Positions 56,411 to 58,878 of a stretch of DNA of 58,878 bases are shown here, piece by piece (positions within the stretch are counted from its first letter, which is position 1; every line of letters begins with the position of its first letter). The notes under the pieces were generated by a model. It saw only the letters and a list, made by a program, of their open reading frames with translations. It was not told the origin of the DNA and made no database searches. Position numbers and translations under genes: made by a program. Source of the DNA: Deltaproteobacteria bacterium (GTDB lineage Bacteria > Desulfobacterota > RBG-13-43-22); contig JACRCK010000092.1 in the NCBI GenBank assembly GCA_016219065.1, positions 1 through 58,878 on the forward strand, read 5' to 3'.

Positions 56411-57181
56411 ATGCCAAAAACCATCCTCCTCTTAGGCGGAACCAGCGAAACCGTTTCCCTGGCCGAAGCCCTGGCCGCCGCGGATTTTGTGGTGCTGGTG
56501 TCCACCGCCACCGCTATTCCCCTGAACATCGGCCGTCACCCCCATATCCGCAGGAGAAGCGGCCCGCTGGATGAGGCGCAACTGGTTGACCTGATCCAGG
56601 CCGAGGACATCCGGGCCATCCTCGACGCCACCCATCCCTACGCCGAACTCATCGGCCGCCAGGCCCGCGCCGTTTCCCAAAAACGAAACCTCCCCTACTT
56701 CCGCTGGCTCCGCCCGGCCGCTCTTTCAGAATCGACCGACGTCTTGGCTGTAGCCGACCATACCGCAGCAGCCGCCCTGGCCTTTTCCTTCGGCTCTCCG
56801 GTCCTTTTAACCATTGGCTCCAGGAACCTGGAACCCTACGTCCGCGAAAGCCGCCGAACCGGTATCCCGGTTGTCGCCCGCGTTCTGGACCATCCCGAAT
56901 CCCGGGCCGTCTGCCAAAAACGGGGACTTCCGGAAGAGGCCGTCCTCGCCGAAAAAGGTCCCTTTTCGGTCGATGAAAATCAAACTGTCCTACGGAATTA
57001 TCGTATCAGGGTTCTGGTAACCAAGGACAGTGGAGCCGCGGGTGGCGTACCGGAAAAGCTGGAGGCGGCAAGGTTAGCGGGTTGCCGGGTAATCGTAGTC
57101 CGCCGCCCGGAACCGCCGGAGGATCATTTCAGCAAGGTGGAGGGGCTCATGGCCGCATTGATAGAGGCCTTGGGGCCCTAA
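56411..57181 (+). CDS. cbiJ: Cobalt-precorrin-6A reductase
   Basis: ILLLGGTSE, DATHPYA, LTIGSR, GPFS..N and VTKDSG..GG..EK motifs. Confidence 0.95.
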   Translation: MPKTILLLGGTSETVSLAEALAAADFVVLVSTATAIPLNIGRHPHIRRRSGPLDEAQLVDLIQAEDIRAILDATHPYAELIGRQARAVSQKRNLPYFRWLRPAALSESTDVLAVADHTAAAALAFSFGSPVLLTIGSRNLEPYVRESRRTGIPVVARVLDHPESRAVCQKRGLPEEAVLAEKGPFSVDENQTVLRNYRIRVLVTKDSGAAGGVPEKLEAARLAGCRVIVVRRPEPPEDHFSKVEGLMAALIEALGP

Positions 57182-57562
57182 TCCGGCAAAGAAACGCGGG
57201 TGAACAAAAAAATAAAAACACCGTCCCGATTTCAATGACAGCGAAAAAATAGCTAGCTATAGTCATTTTTCCAGCAAGGCCGACCCTAAAATTGAAGAAG
57301 ACCGTTTTATCGGCCACCCCATTAGTCCGCATGGATACCCATTTTTACAGAGACTCATTTCGATTCATTCCCTTAAGCAAAATCGTTTGGCGAACGAAAC
57401 GAGTTAATAGTCTGACTATTGGGTAACCATCTTGTTTACATTTACCAAAACCTGCCATAAAAACCCTACTTCTGAGGGATTGTTTTTCCTATTTTAGTCT
57501 GCTATATGTCGACTTTGACAGATAATTATATGAGCGATAATTATAAATATCCTACAAAATTA

Positions 57563-58878
57563 GGTCCGTCACCGTTTCCGGTGGGTGACCCCAACATATT
57601 GTAGCCTTGATGGATAAAAGGCGATCCAGGCTATCCATAGACAAAAGCTAAAAAATTGGATAATTATGATCTCCTGGAACCTGCAAATCAGGAGGTCGAA
57701 ATGAAAGATACCAAGGGATTGTATGCCGCGCTGCTGGGGGTACGAGATCCCTGGCGAGTCGATAAAGTGGAATTGAATTTGTCCAAGAACCGAGTCGATG
57801 TCTGGGTCAAGGAAGTTAAGGGGATCAAGTGGAAATGCCCTTTCTGTGGGCACCCCGGCCCTCTGCATGACCACGATGAGGAACGGAGCTGGCGCCACTT
57901 GGATACGTGTCAGTGCCAGACCTTCATTCATGCCCGGCTGCCCCGGGTCAACTGTCCGGTCCACGGGGCCCAGCAGGTACCGGCTCCCTGGGCGGAACGG
58001 GGGACGCGCTTCACCCTGGCCTTTGAAAGCCGGGGCATCGATACGTTGAAAGAGTGTGACGTCACGGGCGGTTGTCGCTTGTTGCAGGCGGGCTGGAAGG
58101 AGATCTGGGGGATCCTGGAACGTGCCGTGCAACGCGGGCTGAAGCGGAAGGAGCGCCGGATCCCGGAGTATCTCAGCATCGACGAGAAGTCCTTTGCCAA
58201 ACGGCATAAATATGAGACCCTGGTCTGTGACTTGAAAAACGGCACGGTGGAATACGTGGTCGATGAACGATCGCAAGAGAGTCTGGAAGAGTATTACAGT
58301 CTGTTTACGGAAGAGGAATGCCGCTCGGTAAAAGCGGTGGCGATGGATATGTGGGACCCTTTTCAGGCCGCTACCCGGGACTGGCTGCCGCAGGCCGACA
58401 TTGTCTTTGACCGGTTTCATGTGGTGCGCCTGGTCACGGAGGCGGTGGACAAGGTGCGTCGCCAAGAGCATAAGCTGCTCCAAGAACAAGGCGATGAGAC
58501 GTTGAAAAAGACCCGTTACCTTTGGTTGGCCAACAAAGAAAACATTCCGGACTGGCGCCGCGAGGAATTTGCCGCATTGCGGCAGATCAATCTGAAGACC
58601 AGCCGGGCCTGGGCGTTGAAGGAATCGCTGCGCCCCTTCTGGGACTACAAATATCCCAAATGGGCCGAGAGCTTTTTTGACCGGTGGTATTACTGGGCCA
58701 CCCATTCCCGTCTCAGTCCTATGGTTAAGGCGGCCAAGACCTTGAAAAGCCATCTGCCGAACATCTTGACTTTCTTTAAACATCGGATCACCAATGCGGT
58801 GGCCGAGGGGCTCAACAGCAAGATCCAAATGGTCAAACAGATGGCTTGTGGTTTTCGTAATCGCGAGCATTATAAGAC
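57563..58878 (+). mobile_element. ISL3-family insertion sequence, left part
   Basis: Candidate left end GGTCCGTCACCGTTTCCGGTGGGT after an AT-rich target. Right end is outside the window, so the IR pair and target duplication cannot be checked. Confidence 0.8.
57701..58878 (+). CDS. ISL3-family transposase (3' end beyond window)
   Basis: AGGAGG SD; MKDTKGLYAALLG..PW, CPFCG..WRHLD..RVNCPVHG, IDEKSF, AMDMW, VFDRFHV and TNAVAEGLNSKIQ..GFRN motifs. Open to the window end, so absent from the ORF track. Confidence 0.95.
   Translation, partial: MKDTKGLYAALLGVRDPWRVDKVELNLSKNRVDVWVKEVKGIKWKCPFCGHPGPLHDHDEERSWRHLDTCQCQTFIHARLPRVNCPVHGAQQVPAPWAERGTRFTLAFESRGIDTLKECDVTGGCRLLQAGWKEIWGILERAVQRGLKRKERRIPEYLSIDEKSFAKRHKYETLVCDLKNGTVEYVVDERSQESLEEYYSLFTEEECRSVKAVAMDMWDPFQAATRDWLPQADIVFDRFHVVRLVTEAVDKVRRQEHKLLQEQGDETLKKTRYLWLANKENIPDWRREEFAALRQINLKTSRAWALKESLRPFWDYKYPKWAESFFDRWYYWATHSRLSPMVKAAKTLKSHLPNILTFFKHRITNAVAEGLNSKIQMVKQMACGFRNREHYK

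Noticed and set aside
57182..57562. AT-rich region after cbiJ with short minus-strand ORFs
   Set aside because: No identifiable product or RNA motif.
57701..57730. Suspected frameshift at the transposase start
   Set aside because: Codon-by-codon reading shows a continuous frame (MKDTKGLYAA).
57569..58870. 433-aa minus-strand ORF
   Set aside because: Antisense to the ISL3 transposase on the + strand.

Overview
GC-rich bacterial chromosome segment, probably from an anaerobic Desulfobacterota-like organism (inferred from gene content and repeat families). From left to right: (1) a decaying accessory zone at about 0.2-4.7 kb with a DUF4160/DUF2442 toxin-antitoxin pair, a vapC relic, an SDR, a truncated CDF transporter and a sugar dehydrogenase broken by an in-frame TAG; (2) acyl-CoA genes, a hybrid PAS kinase, fabH, tex, an MCP and SulP-USP-ferredoxin; (3) a lower-GC patch with a VKOR-thioredoxin fusion and a cupin; (4) transporters; (5) a minus-strand operon led by a small selenoprotein that the ORF track misses (in-frame UGA, SECIS-like hairpin, apparently leaderless), followed by a cupin, a B12-binding radical SAM enzyme and PhoU; (6) DUF4301, a small-protein/HDOD/GGDEF trio and an MFS; (7) a 16-gene anaerobic cobalamin operon under a cobalamin riboswitch, with a cobD-cobQ fusion and a possible -1 frameshift at cbiG/cbiH; (8) an ISL3 element cut by the window end. 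Intergenic DNA is full of REP-like palindromes and 7-8 bp periodic arrays, some of them nested. No rRNA, tRNA or CRISPR array was seen. All family calls come from motif recognition by eye, not from database searches.
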